Shown: positions 30,282 to 40,488, counted from the stretch's first letter. The stretch: 64,000 nt of DNA from Prevotella sp. UBA3675 (GCA_002372235.1 DFJI01000010.1:13773-77772); one strand, 5' to 3'. Notes: generated from the letters alone by a model not told the origin. Translations and numbers: made by a program.

Positions 30282-31181
30282 TTAGTGTTTGAACATCAAT
30301 CGGAACTGCGTGGGTACAGGTGTCTCAAACTCCATTGGCTCACCCGTGACAGGATGAGTGAAACACAGCAGCCATGCGTGCAGGCACAGGCGGTGAAGGG
30401 GATCGTCGCCGTTGCCGTATTTGGGATCACCACAGACGGGATGTCCCATGTCGGCTGAGTGGACGCGAATCTGATTCTTTCGGCCTGTCTCCAACTTGAA
30501 CTCTACAAGCGAGTGGTCGGTGGTGCGATCCAGCACATGGAAATGGGTGATGGCCAGCTTGCCACCGTTGTCAACGGGCGATGAATAGGTGATGTAGGCT
30601 TTGTTGTCCTTCAGCCAGTTCTGAATAGTGCCTTCATCCTGCTCCATCTCGCCGCTCACTACCGCCACATAGCGACGGTCATAGACGATGTCGTGCCAGT
30701 TGTGCTCCAGTATCTGCTCGGTCTCTATGTCCTTGGCATAGACCATGAGTCCGCTGGTATCACGGTCGAGGCGATGCACCACGTGAGCCGTACACTTCTG
30801 ACGCGACTTCTTGAAGTAGTCGTCGAGCACGCTCTTCACATTGAGCGATGAGTGGCCTGCCGCCATCGAGAGAATACCAATGTTCTTCTCTACCACAATG
30901 AGCCAACGGTCTTCATAGACGATTTTCACGTAGCGGCTCTTGAATCCCATCTGGTTGCGCTTGGTCTTGCTCACGGCCACCTTCATGCCCGGCTCCAGGG
31001 GGAAGTCGAACTGCGATACGGTCTTACCGTTCACCTTGACTCCCCTGCCCTGTAGCGTGGCCTTGATTTTCGTGCGGCTCTGCTGCACATTCTCCAGAAG
31101 GAATGCCAGCAAGCCTTGCGGTGCCTGTACGACATAGTGATCGTAGTCGCCTGCACGATTATTTCCTGTGTTGAATCTCAT
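30282..31181 (-). CDS. RluA-family pseudouridine synthase
   Basis: VHRLDRDTSG catalytic motif, LETGRKNQIRVH, GHPVCGD, RLCLHA. Confidence 0.95.
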   Translation of the reverse strand: MRFNTGNNRAGDYDHYVVQAPQGLLAFLLENVQQSRTKIKATLQGRGVKVNGKTVSQFDFPLEPGMKVAVSKTKRNQMGFKSRYVKIVYEDRWLIVVEKNIGILSMAAGHSSLNVKSVLDDYFKKSRQKCTAHVVHRLDRDTSGLMVYAKDIETEQILEHNWHDIVYDRRYVAVVSGEMEQDEGTIQNWLKDNKAYITYSSPVDNGGKLAITHFHVLDRTTDHSLVEFKLETGRKNQIRVHSADMGHPVCGDPKYGNGDDPLHRLCLHAWLLCFTHPVTGEPMEFETPVPTQFRLMFKH

Positions 31182-31191
31182 ATATAACGAT

Positions 31192-33252
31192 TTACTTGAT
31201 CAAATCTACTGATCGCTTGAGGAACTTGTCGAGTGCCTCACCCTTCAGCATGCCGTTCTGGAGCAGTGCCAGGTCAATGAGCTGATGTACTACGTCGTTC
31301 TTCTGAGCGTAGCCGCTAATGAGCTGTTCCTTCTTCTGCTTCTGCTCGTCAATGGCTTTCTGCGTGTTGACCTTGTCGTCTTTCTCCTCCTGAGTGATTT
31401 CCTCGGGTTTCTTCTTCTCAGTCTTCTGATTGAGGGCTGCCATACGGGCTTCCTGTCCCTTGATCTCGCTCTCAATGGGCTTGAGCTGGTCGGCCAGTTC
31501 AGCAGTGAGCGACGCGAGCACTTCCTTCACAAGACGATGGTCGCTGTTGAGCACGAGGTTGAACGAGTCGGGCATCTGTCCGTAGAAGCTCATTCCGCTC
31601 TGATAACGGCTCATTTCCTTCATGCGGCGCATCCACTCGTTTTGGGTAATGATAACCGGACGGGCATCCTCTCCCAGCGCATCTACCTCAACAAGATACT
31701 CAGTCTTGGCAGTCTTTGGCACCTGCGACTGGAATACGGCTGACAGATTGTCGCGTTCGTTGTCTGACAGACTGCTCTTCGGAGCATCACTCTTCACAAT
31801 AAGACGGTCAACAATGTCGGCATCTACACGAGTGAAGCGGCTCTTCTCAAACTTCTGCTCAAAGGTCTGAATGCAAGGCACGTCGAGCTGGCCGTCGAAC
31901 AGCAGCACCGAATAGCCCTTGTCCTGAGCTGCCTTAATATAGCTGTACTGCTCCTCCTTGTCGGTGGCATAGAGATAGACGAGCTGGTCGTCTTTGTCCT
32001 TCTGCGAAGCCTCGATCAGCTTCTTGTATTCCTCGAATGTGAAGTACTTACCCTCTGTGTCCTTGAAGAGCGAGAACTCTTTGGCACGATCGAAGAAGTT
32101 CTCTTCGGTCAGGATGCCGTAGTTGATGAACAATTTCAGGTCGTCCCACTTCTCTTCGTATGCCTTGCGGTCCTCATTGAAGATAGCCTTGAGGCGGTCG
32201 GCCACTTTCTTCGTGATGTAGGTGGAAATCTTTTTCACTTCACGATCACTCTGCAGATAGCTGCGGCTCACGTTCAAGGGAATATCGGGCGAATCGATCA
32301 CGCCATGCAGCAAGGTGAGGAACTCGGGTACGATGCCTTCCACCTGATCGGTGACAAACACCTGATTGCAGTACAACTGAATCTTGTTGCGCTGAATCTC
32401 AATATTCGACTTGATTTTGGGGAAGTAGAGAATACCTGTCAGATTGAAAGGATAATCGACATTCAGGTGAATCCAGAAAAGGGGCTCATCCTGCATGGGA
32501 TAGAGTGTGCGATAGAACGACTTGTAGTCTTCGTCCTTCAAGGTTGAGGGGGTCTTCGTCCACAGCGGCTCCACATTATTTATAATATTGTCCTCTGCAG
32601 TATCTACCATCTTGCTCTCGTCCTTCGACCACTCCTGTTTCTTGCCGAAAGCCAGAGGCACGGGCATGAACTTACAGTACTTGTTGAGCAGCGACTCAAT
32701 CTTCTGCTTATCGAGGAACTCTTTGCAGTCATCATCAATATAAAGGATAATGTCGGAACCACGGCTCTCGCGCTCGGCATCGTCAATTTCGAAAGCGGGG
32801 CTTCCGTCGCAGCTCCACTTCACAGCCTTGGAACCTTCCTTATAGCTGCGTGTAATAATCTCTACTTTCTTCGAGACCATGAACGAACTGTAGAAGCCCA
32901 GTCCGAAGTGGCCGATGATATTGTTGGCGTTGTCCTTATACTTCTCAAGGAAATCAGTTACGCCAGAGAAAGCAATCTGATTGATGTACTTATCAATCTC
33001 TTCCTCAGTCATACCGATACCGCGATCGCTAATGGTGATAGTACCTTTCTCCGTGTCAAGGCTCACGTGAACGGTCAGGTCGCCCAGTTCGCCCTTAAAC
33101 TCGCCCTTCTCGGCCAGTGTCTTCATCTTCTGAGTGGCATCGACAGCATTCGATACCATCTCGCGCAAGAAAATTTCGTGATCGCTATAGAGAAACTTTT
33201 TGATAACGGGGAAAATGTTCTCAGTCGTAACCCCAATATTACCTTTTTGCAT
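31192..33252 (-). CDS. htpG: Molecular chaperone HtpG (Hsp90)
   Basis: LYSDHEIFLREMVSNAVDA, DRGIGMT, GHFGLGFYS, DSPDIPLNVSRS. True start is MQKGNIGV (33252), not the ORF-track 33471. Confidence 0.97.
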   Translation of the reverse strand: MQKGNIGVTTENIFPVIKKFLYSDHEIFLREMVSNAVDATQKMKTLAEKGEFKGELGDLTVHVSLDTEKGTITISDRGIGMTEEEIDKYINQIAFSGVTDFLEKYKDNANNIIGHFGLGFYSSFMVSKKVEIITRSYKEGSKAVKWSCDGSPAFEIDDAERESRGSDIILYIDDDCKEFLDKQKIESLLNKYCKFMPVPLAFGKKQEWSKDESKMVDTAEDNIINNVEPLWTKTPSTLKDEDYKSFYRTLYPMQDEPLFWIHLNVDYPFNLTGILYFPKIKSNIEIQRNKIQLYCNQVFVTDQVEGIVPEFLTLLHGVIDSPDIPLNVSRSYLQSDREVKKISTYITKKVADRLKAIFNEDRKAYEEKWDDLKLFINYGILTEENFFDRAKEFSLFKDTEGKYFTFEEYKKLIEASQKDKDDQLVYLYATDKEEQYSYIKAAQDKGYSVLLFDGQLDVPCIQTFEQKFEKSRFTRVDADIVDRLIVKSDAPKSSLSDNERDNLSAVFQSQVPKTAKTEYLVEVDALGEDARPVIITQNEWMRRMKEMSRYQSGMSFYGQMPDSFNLVLNSDHRLVKEVLASLTAELADQLKPIESEIKGQEARMAALNQKTEKKKPEEITQEEKDDKVNTQKAIDEQKQKKEQLISGYAQKNDVVHQLIDLALLQNGMLKGEALDKFLKRSVDLIK

Positions 33253-33294
33253 ATCTGTATAAATGTTTTTAGAATGTTTTTTTACAAGCGGATA

Positions 33295-33310
33295 TGCAAA
33301 ATCCGTGCCA
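33295..33310 (-). promoter_or_regulatory. Sigma54-type -24/-12 promoter for htpG
   Basis: Minus strand TGGCACGGATTTTGCA, an exact TGGCACG-N4-TTGCW match. Confidence 0.78.
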
Positions 33311-33317
33311 CATTCCG

Positions 33318-34118
33318 TCAGAGCTCGAAGATGCCCGTAGGCATGGTGCGCTTCAGCACTTCCAACTGCAAGTCTTTGCCTGCCACGATGCCATAGGAGC
33401 GCAACACGGTCTCCACCGTCTTGCGAGCCAGTTCGGGATGGTTGTTTTCCTCCGAAAGGTGACAGAGCCAAACGTGTCGCAAATGTTCAGTCATGTGCTG
33501 GGCGATGGCCTCACCGCAGCTTGCATTGCTCAAATGCCCCGTGTTGCTCAGTATGCGCGTCTTCAGATGGTAAGGATAAGGCCCGTGCTGGAGCATCTCA
33601 ATGTCGTGATTGGCCTCTATCACCAGATAGTTGGCACGAGCGATGAACTGTGCCATTTCGTCGGTCACCATGCCGGCATCGGTAATTATGCAGAAAGAAA
33701 TGTCTTCGGCTTCAAGAAAATAGCCCACGTTGTCGCTACTGTCGTGAGGCACCGAGAAGGGAGTGACCGTGAAGTCACCTATCTGAATCTGCACGCCAGG
33801 CTCCACTATGCGACGCAGACCAGCATTCACCTTACGCTGCACACAATAGTTACGGTCGATACCGCGATGCACAAGTGCGGTGGCATAGACGGGCACCTGC
33901 AAATCGTAGCTGATGCTGCCCACTGACTTGATGTGGTCGGCATGATCGTGAGTGATGAGCACCTGATGTACTTGGGGAAGGGTCAGCCCATAGTCTCTGA
34001 AGTGCTTCTTCAGCGTTCTGATACCTACGCCAACGTCGATCAGCAGACCACCGTTCTCGGTAAACAGAAAATAGCAATTACCACTGCTCCCACTTCCAAA
34101 GGATATGAACTTGACCAT
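33318..34118 (-). CDS. MBL-fold hydrolase, YycJ/WalJ-like
   Basis: GSGSSGNC, THDHADH, PHD, TDAG, EANHD, GHLSN, HLSEENN. Confidence 0.9.
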   Translation of the reverse strand: MVKFISFGSGSSGNCYFLFTENGGLLIDVGVGIRTLKKHFRDYGLTLPQVHQVLITHDHADHIKSVGSISYDLQVPVYATALVHRGIDRNYCVQRKVNAGLRRIVEPGVQIQIGDFTVTPFSVPHDSSDNVGYFLEAEDISFCIITDAGMVTDEMAQFIARANYLVIEANHDIEMLQHGPYPYHLKTRILSNTGHLSNASCGEAIAQHMTEHLRHVWLCHLSEENNHPELARKTVETVLRSYGIVAGKDLQLEVLKRTMPTGIFEL

Positions 34119-34275
34119 AGTATTTCCTTAAATTTAAATGCAAAGGTAGGCAATTTTTCCGAAAAAGTGCAAATTATTATACAAAAACATATATATCTAG
34201 TACTTACATTAAAAGAATTATTGTAATTTTGCAAATACTTAGACTAATCAAAAGAAACGAAACTAAAAAAAAGAA

Positions 34276-35529
34276 ATGGAAAGAACCTGGAGATGGTTTG
34301 GCAAGAAAGACAGAATCACACTTGCCATGCTGAAACAAATTGGAGTGGAGGGCATCGTTACGGCGCTGCACGATGTACCTAACGGTGAGATTTGGACTCG
34401 CGAAAAAATCAGAGAACTGCGCGAATACATTGAGAGCTACGGCATGAGATGGAGCGTAGTGGAGAGCCTGCCCGTGTGCGAAAGCATCAAGTATGGCGGC
34501 AAGGATCGCGACCAGCTCATCGAGAACTATAAGGTAAGTCTGAAGAACCTGTCGCTCGAAGGTATTCACACCATCTGTTATAACTTTATGCCAGTGCTCG
34601 ACTGGGCCCGGACCGACCTCATGCACGACAATCCCAACGGAGCCACCAACCTTTACTTCTCATACGCTGAGTTTGCCTACTTCGACATCTACGTGCTGAA
34701 ACGCGAAGGTGCACGCGAGGAATGGGCTAAGTTCAAGTTTCCCGAAGGCGTAGGCCAGGACCGTAATGTGCTGGCTGAGGCCGACGAGCTGGCCAAGCGC
34801 ATGACTCCTGAAGATGACCATAAACTGGTGGAGAATATCATCGTGAAGACACAGGGATTCGTGAGCGGCAACATCAAGGAAGACGACGAACATCCATTAG
34901 AGTTATTCAAGCAACTGCTCGACCTCTATAAAGGCATAGACAAGAAACAGTTACGCGAAAACATGAAGTATTTCCTTGAAGCGATCATGCCTACCTGCGA
35001 TGAGTATGGAATGAACATGTGCGTTCACCCTGACGATCCTCCTTTTGCCGTGCTGGGGTTGCCCCGTATCGTGAACAGCAGCGAAGATATAGAGTGGTTT
35101 CTCAATGCCGTTCCCAACAAGCACAACGGCCTCACCTTCTGCGCGGGCAGTCTCTCGGCTGGAGCTCAGAACGACGTGGTGGAGATGGCGCGTGCCTTTG
35201 CGCCCCGCACTCATTTCGTTCACCTGCGCTCATGCCACATCTTCCCCAACGGTGATTTCACAGAGGCCAGCCATCTGGGCGGAAGGGCTAATCTCATTGA
35301 GCTGGCACGCATCTTCGAGAAAGAGAATCCGCAGTTGCCCATGCGTGTGGATCACGGCATGACCTTTACCGACGAGCCCGGTGGGGTGCTCGACGAGAGC
35401 AGTCACGGCCATAATGCTGGCTACACACTGCTCGGACGTATGTTTGCACTCGGACAAGTGCAGGGCATACTCGCCACAGTCGATAGCGAGTTGGGCATAG
35501 CATACAAACAGCCGGGATTTTATGATTAA
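34276..35529 (+). CDS. uxuA: Mannonate dehydratase
   Basis: TWRWFG, VVESLPV, CYNFMPVLDWART, HPDDPP, FVHLR, RVDHG. Confidence 0.96.
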   Translation: MERTWRWFGKKDRITLAMLKQIGVEGIVTALHDVPNGEIWTREKIRELREYIESYGMRWSVVESLPVCESIKYGGKDRDQLIENYKVSLKNLSLEGIHTICYNFMPVLDWARTDLMHDNPNGATNLYFSYAEFAYFDIYVLKREGAREEWAKFKFPEGVGQDRNVLAEADELAKRMTPEDDHKLVENIIVKTQGFVSGNIKEDDEHPLELFKQLLDLYKGIDKKQLRENMKYFLEAIMPTCDEYGMNMCVHPDDPPFAVLGLPRIVNSSEDIEWFLNAVPNKHNGLTFCAGSLSAGAQNDVVEMARAFAPRTHFVHLRSCHIFPNGDFTEASHLGGRANLIELARIFEKENPQLPMRVDHGMTFTDEPGGVLDESSHGHNAGYTLLGRMFALGQVQGILATVDSELGIAYKQPGFYD

Positions 35530-35608
35530 GGCTATCCCGCCATAACGGAATCCTGTCATAATGAAACAACCATATCACGAAACAACGACTCAAAAATAAG
35601 AAATCATC

Positions 35609-36421
35609 ATGAAAAATCTATTTGATATTAACGGTAACGTGACCGTTATCACGGGTGGAACAGGTGTGCTGGGACGCGCCATCGCCAAATATCTGGCTCT
35701 GAACGGTGCCAAAGTGATTATCCTTGGACGGAAGGAAGAGACAGGAAAGGAAATCGTGGATGAGATTACTGCCGAGGGCGGCAGCTGCGAGTTCATGAAG
35801 ACCGACGTGATGAATGCTGAAATCGTGCAGAAGAACTGCGACGACATCGTGGCTAAGTACGGTCGTGTCGATACGCTGCTCAATGCTGCAGGCGGCAACA
35901 TGCCCGGAGCCACCATCGCGCCCGACAAGACTTTCTTCGACTTAGATGCCGCTCAATTCTCGCGCGTGCTGGAGCTGAACCTCACAGGTACTGTCATTCC
36001 CACTCAAATATTTCTCAAGCCAATGGTGAAGCAAGGTAAAGGCAGCATCATCAACTTCTCGAGCATGGCCGCCTTCCGTCCTATGACGCGCGTTTGCGGA
36101 TATGCAGCTGCCAAGGCTGGCATCAGCAACTTCACCGCCTATATGGCTACGGAGTGTGCAAAGAAGTTTGGCGAGGGCATCCGCGTGAATGCCATTGCCC
36201 CGGGCTTCTTCATCACCGAACAGAACCGCGCCCTGCTCACCAATCCCGACGGCAGCTATACGCAACGCGGACAAGACGTTGTGAGACAGACTCCTTTCGG
36301 GCGCATGGGTGATCCCGAAGAGCTCTGCGGCACTATCCACTATCTGATGTCGGAAGCCTCAAAGTTCGTCACAGGAACGGTGGCCAAGGTTGACGGCGGC
36401 TTCGACGTGTTTGCTATGTAA
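35609..36421 (+). CDS. uxuB: SDR-family D-mannonate oxidoreductase
   Basis: TGGTGVLG, NAAGGN, YAAAK, NAIAPGFF. Adjacent to uxuA. Confidence 0.85.
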   Translation: MKNLFDINGNVTVITGGTGVLGRAIAKYLALNGAKVIILGRKEETGKEIVDEITAEGGSCEFMKTDVMNAEIVQKNCDDIVAKYGRVDTLLNAAGGNMPGATIAPDKTFFDLDAAQFSRVLELNLTGTVIPTQIFLKPMVKQGKGSIINFSSMAAFRPMTRVCGYAAAKAGISNFTAYMATECAKKFGEGIRVNAIAPGFFITEQNRALLTNPDGSYTQRGQDVVRQTPFGRMGDPEELCGTIHYLMSEASKFVTGTVAKVDGGFDVFAM

Positions 36422-36494
36422 TCTATTTACTAACATGAGAAAGGGTATCAATAACATGAAGGTAAGAATATACACATTATTAATAAAAAACAAA

Positions 36495-37754
36495 ATGATG
36501 AACCGACTGAGACTGTTTGTGTTATTGATGCCTTTTCTTCTCATTCCGTCTTTGCTTCAGGCAAAGCACAGAATCCTTTCGCCCAACCTAAAGACGCTGC
36601 AGGTAGTGGTCAACGACAACTGGACAGATCCCCTACCCGTCATGACCCTAAGGTCAGACGATGTGCTCAACGTGGGATTCGACGAACTGTCGCACAATTT
36701 CCATCGCTTCATTGTTCATGTGGAGCATTGTGAACCCGACTGGAGCCCTTCAGAGGATATATTTGAAAGTGACTGGTTAGAGGGATTCAACGACTGGGCG
36801 CTCGATGACTACGACAACTCACTCAACACGACCGTACTCTACACCCACTACAGCTTTCAACTGCCTAACGACCAGTGCCGACTGAAAATGAGCGGCAACT
36901 ACCGACTGCACATTCTGGACGAAGACGACAATAACAATGAGGTGGCGGTTGTGGAGTTCAGAGTGGTTGAGCAACTCATGAACCTGTCGATGGGCATGAC
37001 GACCAATACGGATATTGATTTCAACAACCGTTCGCAGCAACTGTCAATGTCGCTGGATTACGGATCGCTCAACGTCACTCAGCCCGAGGATCAGCTGAAC
37101 ATCATCGTGATGCAAAACGGAAGAGAGGACAACATGCGGACAGACATGAAGCCCTCGACGACCACGCCTCGCGGACTGACATGGGACCACTGCCGTCAGC
37201 TCATATTCGATGCCGGTAATGAGTATCACCGTTTCGAAGTGCTCAACCCCACTCACATCACGCTGGGACTTGAGCGCGTGGCGTGGGACGAGGATGACAG
37301 GCACTATCACGTTTATCCAGAAATGTGCGAGCCACAGCGAAACTACATGTTCTACAAGGATGCCGACGGAGCTTTCTACGTGCGCAACAGCGACAATTTT
37401 GAGAACGATCGCACGAGCGACTACGTCTATGTGCATTACAAGCTGGCTCCGGCAAAGGAATATGAGAAAGCCCGTCTTTATGTGGATGGTCACTGGACGA
37501 CTGAAGCACCCGAGACCTACACCATGAGCTATGACGAGCGCGACCATTCCTACAATGCCGTGATACTGCAGAAGATGGGTTACTATAACTATCAGCTGCT
37601 GATGGAGCACGAAAACGGACAAACAGAAATAGTGCCCGAAGAGGGTTCTTTCTATCAAACAGAGAACCGCTATCAGGCACTTGTCTATTATAAAGGTATT
37701 GGAGACCGAACTTGGAGGCTCGTCAGTTTTCGCGAGTTGATTTTCGACCTCTAA
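36495..37754 (+). CDS. DUF5103 / type IX secretion system plug-family protein
   Basis: Signal peptide; FDELSH, HC..DW..S, SLNTTVLYTHY, SGNY, FDAGNEY, KMGYYNY, EGSFYQTENRY pattern recalled for DUF5103. Confidence 0.75.
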   Translation: MMNRLRLFVLLMPFLLIPSLLQAKHRILSPNLKTLQVVVNDNWTDPLPVMTLRSDDVLNVGFDELSHNFHRFIVHVEHCEPDWSPSEDIFESDWLEGFNDWALDDYDNSLNTTVLYTHYSFQLPNDQCRLKMSGNYRLHILDEDDNNNEVAVVEFRVVEQLMNLSMGMTTNTDIDFNNRSQQLSMSLDYGSLNVTQPEDQLNIIVMQNGREDNMRTDMKPSTTTPRGLTWDHCRQLIFDAGNEYHRFEVLNPTHITLGLERVAWDEDDRHYHVYPEMCEPQRNYMFYKDADGAFYVRNSDNFENDRTSDYVYVHYKLAPAKEYEKARLYVDGHWTTEAPETYTMSYDERDHSYNAVILQKMGYYNYQLLMEHENGQTEIVPEEGSFYQTENRYQALVYYKGIGDRTWRLVSFRELIFDL

Positions 37755-40210
37755 CGAAGCTCTTTCCTGTATTCGCTTGGCGTTCGCTTGTATTCATGGA
37801 AGAAACTGCCCATGAAATAGTTTGGTGTGTAGAAATGGCACTCGTCGGCTATTTCCTCAATGCTCTTATCGGTAGTAACCAGCATGTGAGCGGCAGTCTG
37901 CAAAGCGAACTTAAGGGCTAACTCACGCGGACTCTTGAAAATATTGGCGCTTATAAGATGATAGAGTGTCACAATGTCAGTATCTGAAGCATTGCTCAAC
38001 TCGCGCATCGTCACACGTCCTTTATGTGCCTGCACGTATGGGATGAGCTTGATCATCAGCGCCGAGAACTCAGGCGAAAGCGGCGTGCTGTTGTCATGCT
38101 TGGCAAAGAAGAGTTCATCACTCTGCGGAGCAATCAGCTCATTGCTGATAGCCACGCTCTTATCTACAAAGGCATTCACCTTCTTGATGATATCGTCTTC
38201 CTCACTATTGCGGCGAGCGCGCATCTTAGTATTGCGACTGAAGAAGTAGAGATTGACCACAACTAATATCAGAATCAACAGGACAAAAAGCACATAAACG
38301 CCTGTAGCCTGCCACCAAGGCTGATTCACATGCACAATCCACGTGAACGGAGTGGTGCCCGACCACTGGTCTGGGAACATGGAGGCCTGCACTTCAATCT
38401 GATATTCACCAGGAGTCAGATTCATGAGCGGCAAGTGAAGGTCGCCTTTCGTGTCAACAAAGTCAGATCCGTTGAAATAAGAATAGACATGCCACTTTTC
38501 ATCGCCCATACCCAAAAGCCTCACTCGATAGTAGGTCTGCAAAGGACGGAAATAATTAAGTCCGGAGAATGTGAGCGACACTGAATTCTGATCAGCATTC
38601 AGATTGATGTCTTTGATACGTGTGATGGCCCGGTCTATAATCACGATGCCATCCTTTTCCTCGCCTGCTGACACGAAGTCGCCATTCACAAGAATCCTAA
38701 TCAGCTTGGGATAGAGAACCACAGGACTTTTCACATTGACTGCCGCGAAGTGATTGGGATTGAAGGACACGACATGATCGACCGCCTGCATGATGATGGT
38801 GCTGTCATTCAGGCACATCGCCTTGCAATTTAAGAAAGCATCATTCGGTACATTGTCTGACAAGCTGAAACTATTGACGAAATCAGGATTGTCCTTATCA
38901 AAGATGATACAGGATATGCCATACGAGGTGCTCACCCAAATGTTGTGCTGCTTGTCCTCTACTACCGAGTGAATAAAATTATTGAGAAGACCGTTCTTCT
39001 TGCTAAAGATGACGGGCTCAGACTGAGCCTTACGGAACATATAGAGACCGACCGTAGTTCCTATCCAGCTATAGCCGCGACTATCCTCAAACATGCAGTT
39101 GGCCTGTTTTCCGTTGAAGTCGAAAATGTTCTGCTTGAGCGGTTCCATCATCGAGATATATTCTTCGGCTTCCGGGCTGTCCAACATATAGACATTGAAG
39201 GGCGACGAGTAAGGAGTAGCGTAGAGCACGCCGCGCTTTTCTGTGCCGAGCCAGAGACCTCCCTGACGGTCGAACACGATGGTGTGGCAAACGGTTTGAA
39301 GGTATTTTCCATTTCTCAGCTTAACCAGCTCTACATGGTTAGTAGTTTGAGTCGGAATGTCGTAAGTCCAGTAACCCTTAGCCGAAGCTATATAAAGACA
39401 GTCATTACGCATGGTCATTCCATTCAGGCCGTAAGGCACCTGCAGTATTGTTTTCCACTGCCCGCTGACCATATCGAGCTGCATCAGTACAGAGCCTTCG
39501 GTACCACTATGAATCACGAAGTAGCTCTCCTTGTATTGCTGAATGATGGTTGACTGGGTGAACTGATGCGACATTTCCCATTCGAAAGCCTTTGAACGAT
39601 GGGCTATCTGTCCGTCTTCACGATTGAGACCGATTACCTCGCCGTTGTCGTAGAACATGAGCAGCATGCCCTTGTAAAGGTCTATATCCTGCAGGTTACG
39701 ATCTTTCAGCACCTGATGTGTCTTCTTGGCATCTACGTCATACAGCCCCTTCTCCGTAAGGAAATAAGCATGGCCCTCATTATCGGTAAAGAGGTCGAGC
39801 AGTTTCTCATCACATCCCATCTCACGAATAACGCCTGCTACATCAGGAATAAATGTTTCCATCAAAAGGTCAACACAGGTCACTGAGTTCTTGCTTTTCA
39901 GCCAGATGTGATGATTATGGTCAAAATAGATGCGGTCGTTGCCACGATAGGCGGGAAGGTCATACTGATACTCTTGCTCGGTATCAATATGTGTAAAACT
40001 CGAACCATCGTAGAAATTCAGGTTACCGATAGTCGAAATAATCATTCGCCCTGTACGGGTGCAGACAATGACTTGCGCACTATTATCAGCCAAGCCATTA
40101 GCTGCATTAATAATCTTGAACTCAGGCTCGTTCTCTTTTGAGAAAAGACTGAGAGATACACTAAAGCAGAGCAGCAGTGGCAAAAGAAATCGAATAGGTT
40201 TTAGGTTCAT
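37751..40210 (-). CDS. Membrane-spanning sensor/regulator: beta-propeller + Y_Y_Y + TM + AraC HTH, with no kinase or receiver domain
   Basis: Signal peptide, Reg_prop-like repeats (DRQGGLWLGT, EDSRGYSWIGT, EDKQHNIWVST), NLTPGEYQIEV, QPWW + TM, C-terminal SIEEIADECHF..PNYF...F.....TPSEYR. Confidence 0.82.
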   Translation of the reverse strand: MNLKPIRFLLPLLLCFSVSLSLFSKENEPEFKIINAANGLADNSAQVIVCTRTGRMIISTIGNLNFYDGSSFTHIDTEQEYQYDLPAYRGNDRIYFDHNHHIWLKSKNSVTCVDLLMETFIPDVAGVIREMGCDEKLLDLFTDNEGHAYFLTEKGLYDVDAKKTHQVLKDRNLQDIDLYKGMLLMFYDNGEVIGLNREDGQIAHRSKAFEWEMSHQFTQSTIIQQYKESYFVIHSGTEGSVLMQLDMVSGQWKTILQVPYGLNGMTMRNDCLYIASAKGYWTYDIPTQTTNHVELVKLRNGKYLQTVCHTIVFDRQGGLWLGTEKRGVLYATPYSSPFNVYMLDSPEAEEYISMMEPLKQNIFDFNGKQANCMFEDSRGYSWIGTTVGLYMFRKAQSEPVIFSKKNGLLNNFIHSVVEDKQHNIWVSTSYGISCIIFDKDNPDFVNSFSLSDNVPNDAFLNCKAMCLNDSTIIMQAVDHVVSFNPNHFAAVNVKSPVVLYPKLIRILVNGDFVSAGEEKDGIVIIDRAITRIKDINLNADQNSVSLTFSGLNYFRPLQTYYRVRLLGMGDEKWHVYSYFNGSDFVDTKGDLHLPLMNLTPGEYQIEVQASMFPDQWSGTTPFTWIVHVNQPWWQATGVYVLFVLLILILVVVNLYFFSRNTKMRARRNSEEDDIIKKVNAFVDKSVAISNELIAPQSDELFFAKHDNSTPLSPEFSALMIKLIPYVQAHKGRVTMRELSNASDTDIVTLYHLISANIFKSPRELALKFALQTAAHMLVTTDKSIEEIADECHFYTPNYFMGSFFHEYKRTPSEYRKELR

Positions 40211-40320
40211 TGCTATTAGGGCCTGATTAATGCGGCAAAGATACTAAAAGTTAGCCGAACAGCCAAAATAAATTGTAAAAACTATAACGGTAAAATAAAA
40301 ATGCCGATACATCCTGCCAT

Positions 40321-40403
40321 CTCGTTAGATGAGTTTAACAGCTCGTTAGATGCGTTTAACGGCTCGTTAGATGCGTTTAACTTTTTCACTCGATGCGTTT
40401 GAC
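40321..40403. repeat. Tandem 21-bp repeat CTCGTTAGATGCGTTTAACNN, three copies plus a degenerate fourth
   Basis: Units at 40321, 40342 and 40363; the core GTTAGATGCGTTTAAC is quasi-palindromic. Confidence 0.9.
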
Positions 40404-40488
40404 TTGCTCACGCTGAGCACCTTATATAAACAAAAGAGGAAGCAAATCTCCTTTGTAGTAAGAAATACTTCCTCTTTTACCAAATGTG

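Noticed and set aside
33253-33471. N-terminal extension of HtpG in the ORF track
   Set aside because: It overlaps the MBL gene and the sigma54-type promoter; homology begins at MQKGNIGV.
40321-40403. Possible CRISPR array
   Set aside because: Units are directly tandem with no unique 30-40 bp spacers, and there are no cas genes.
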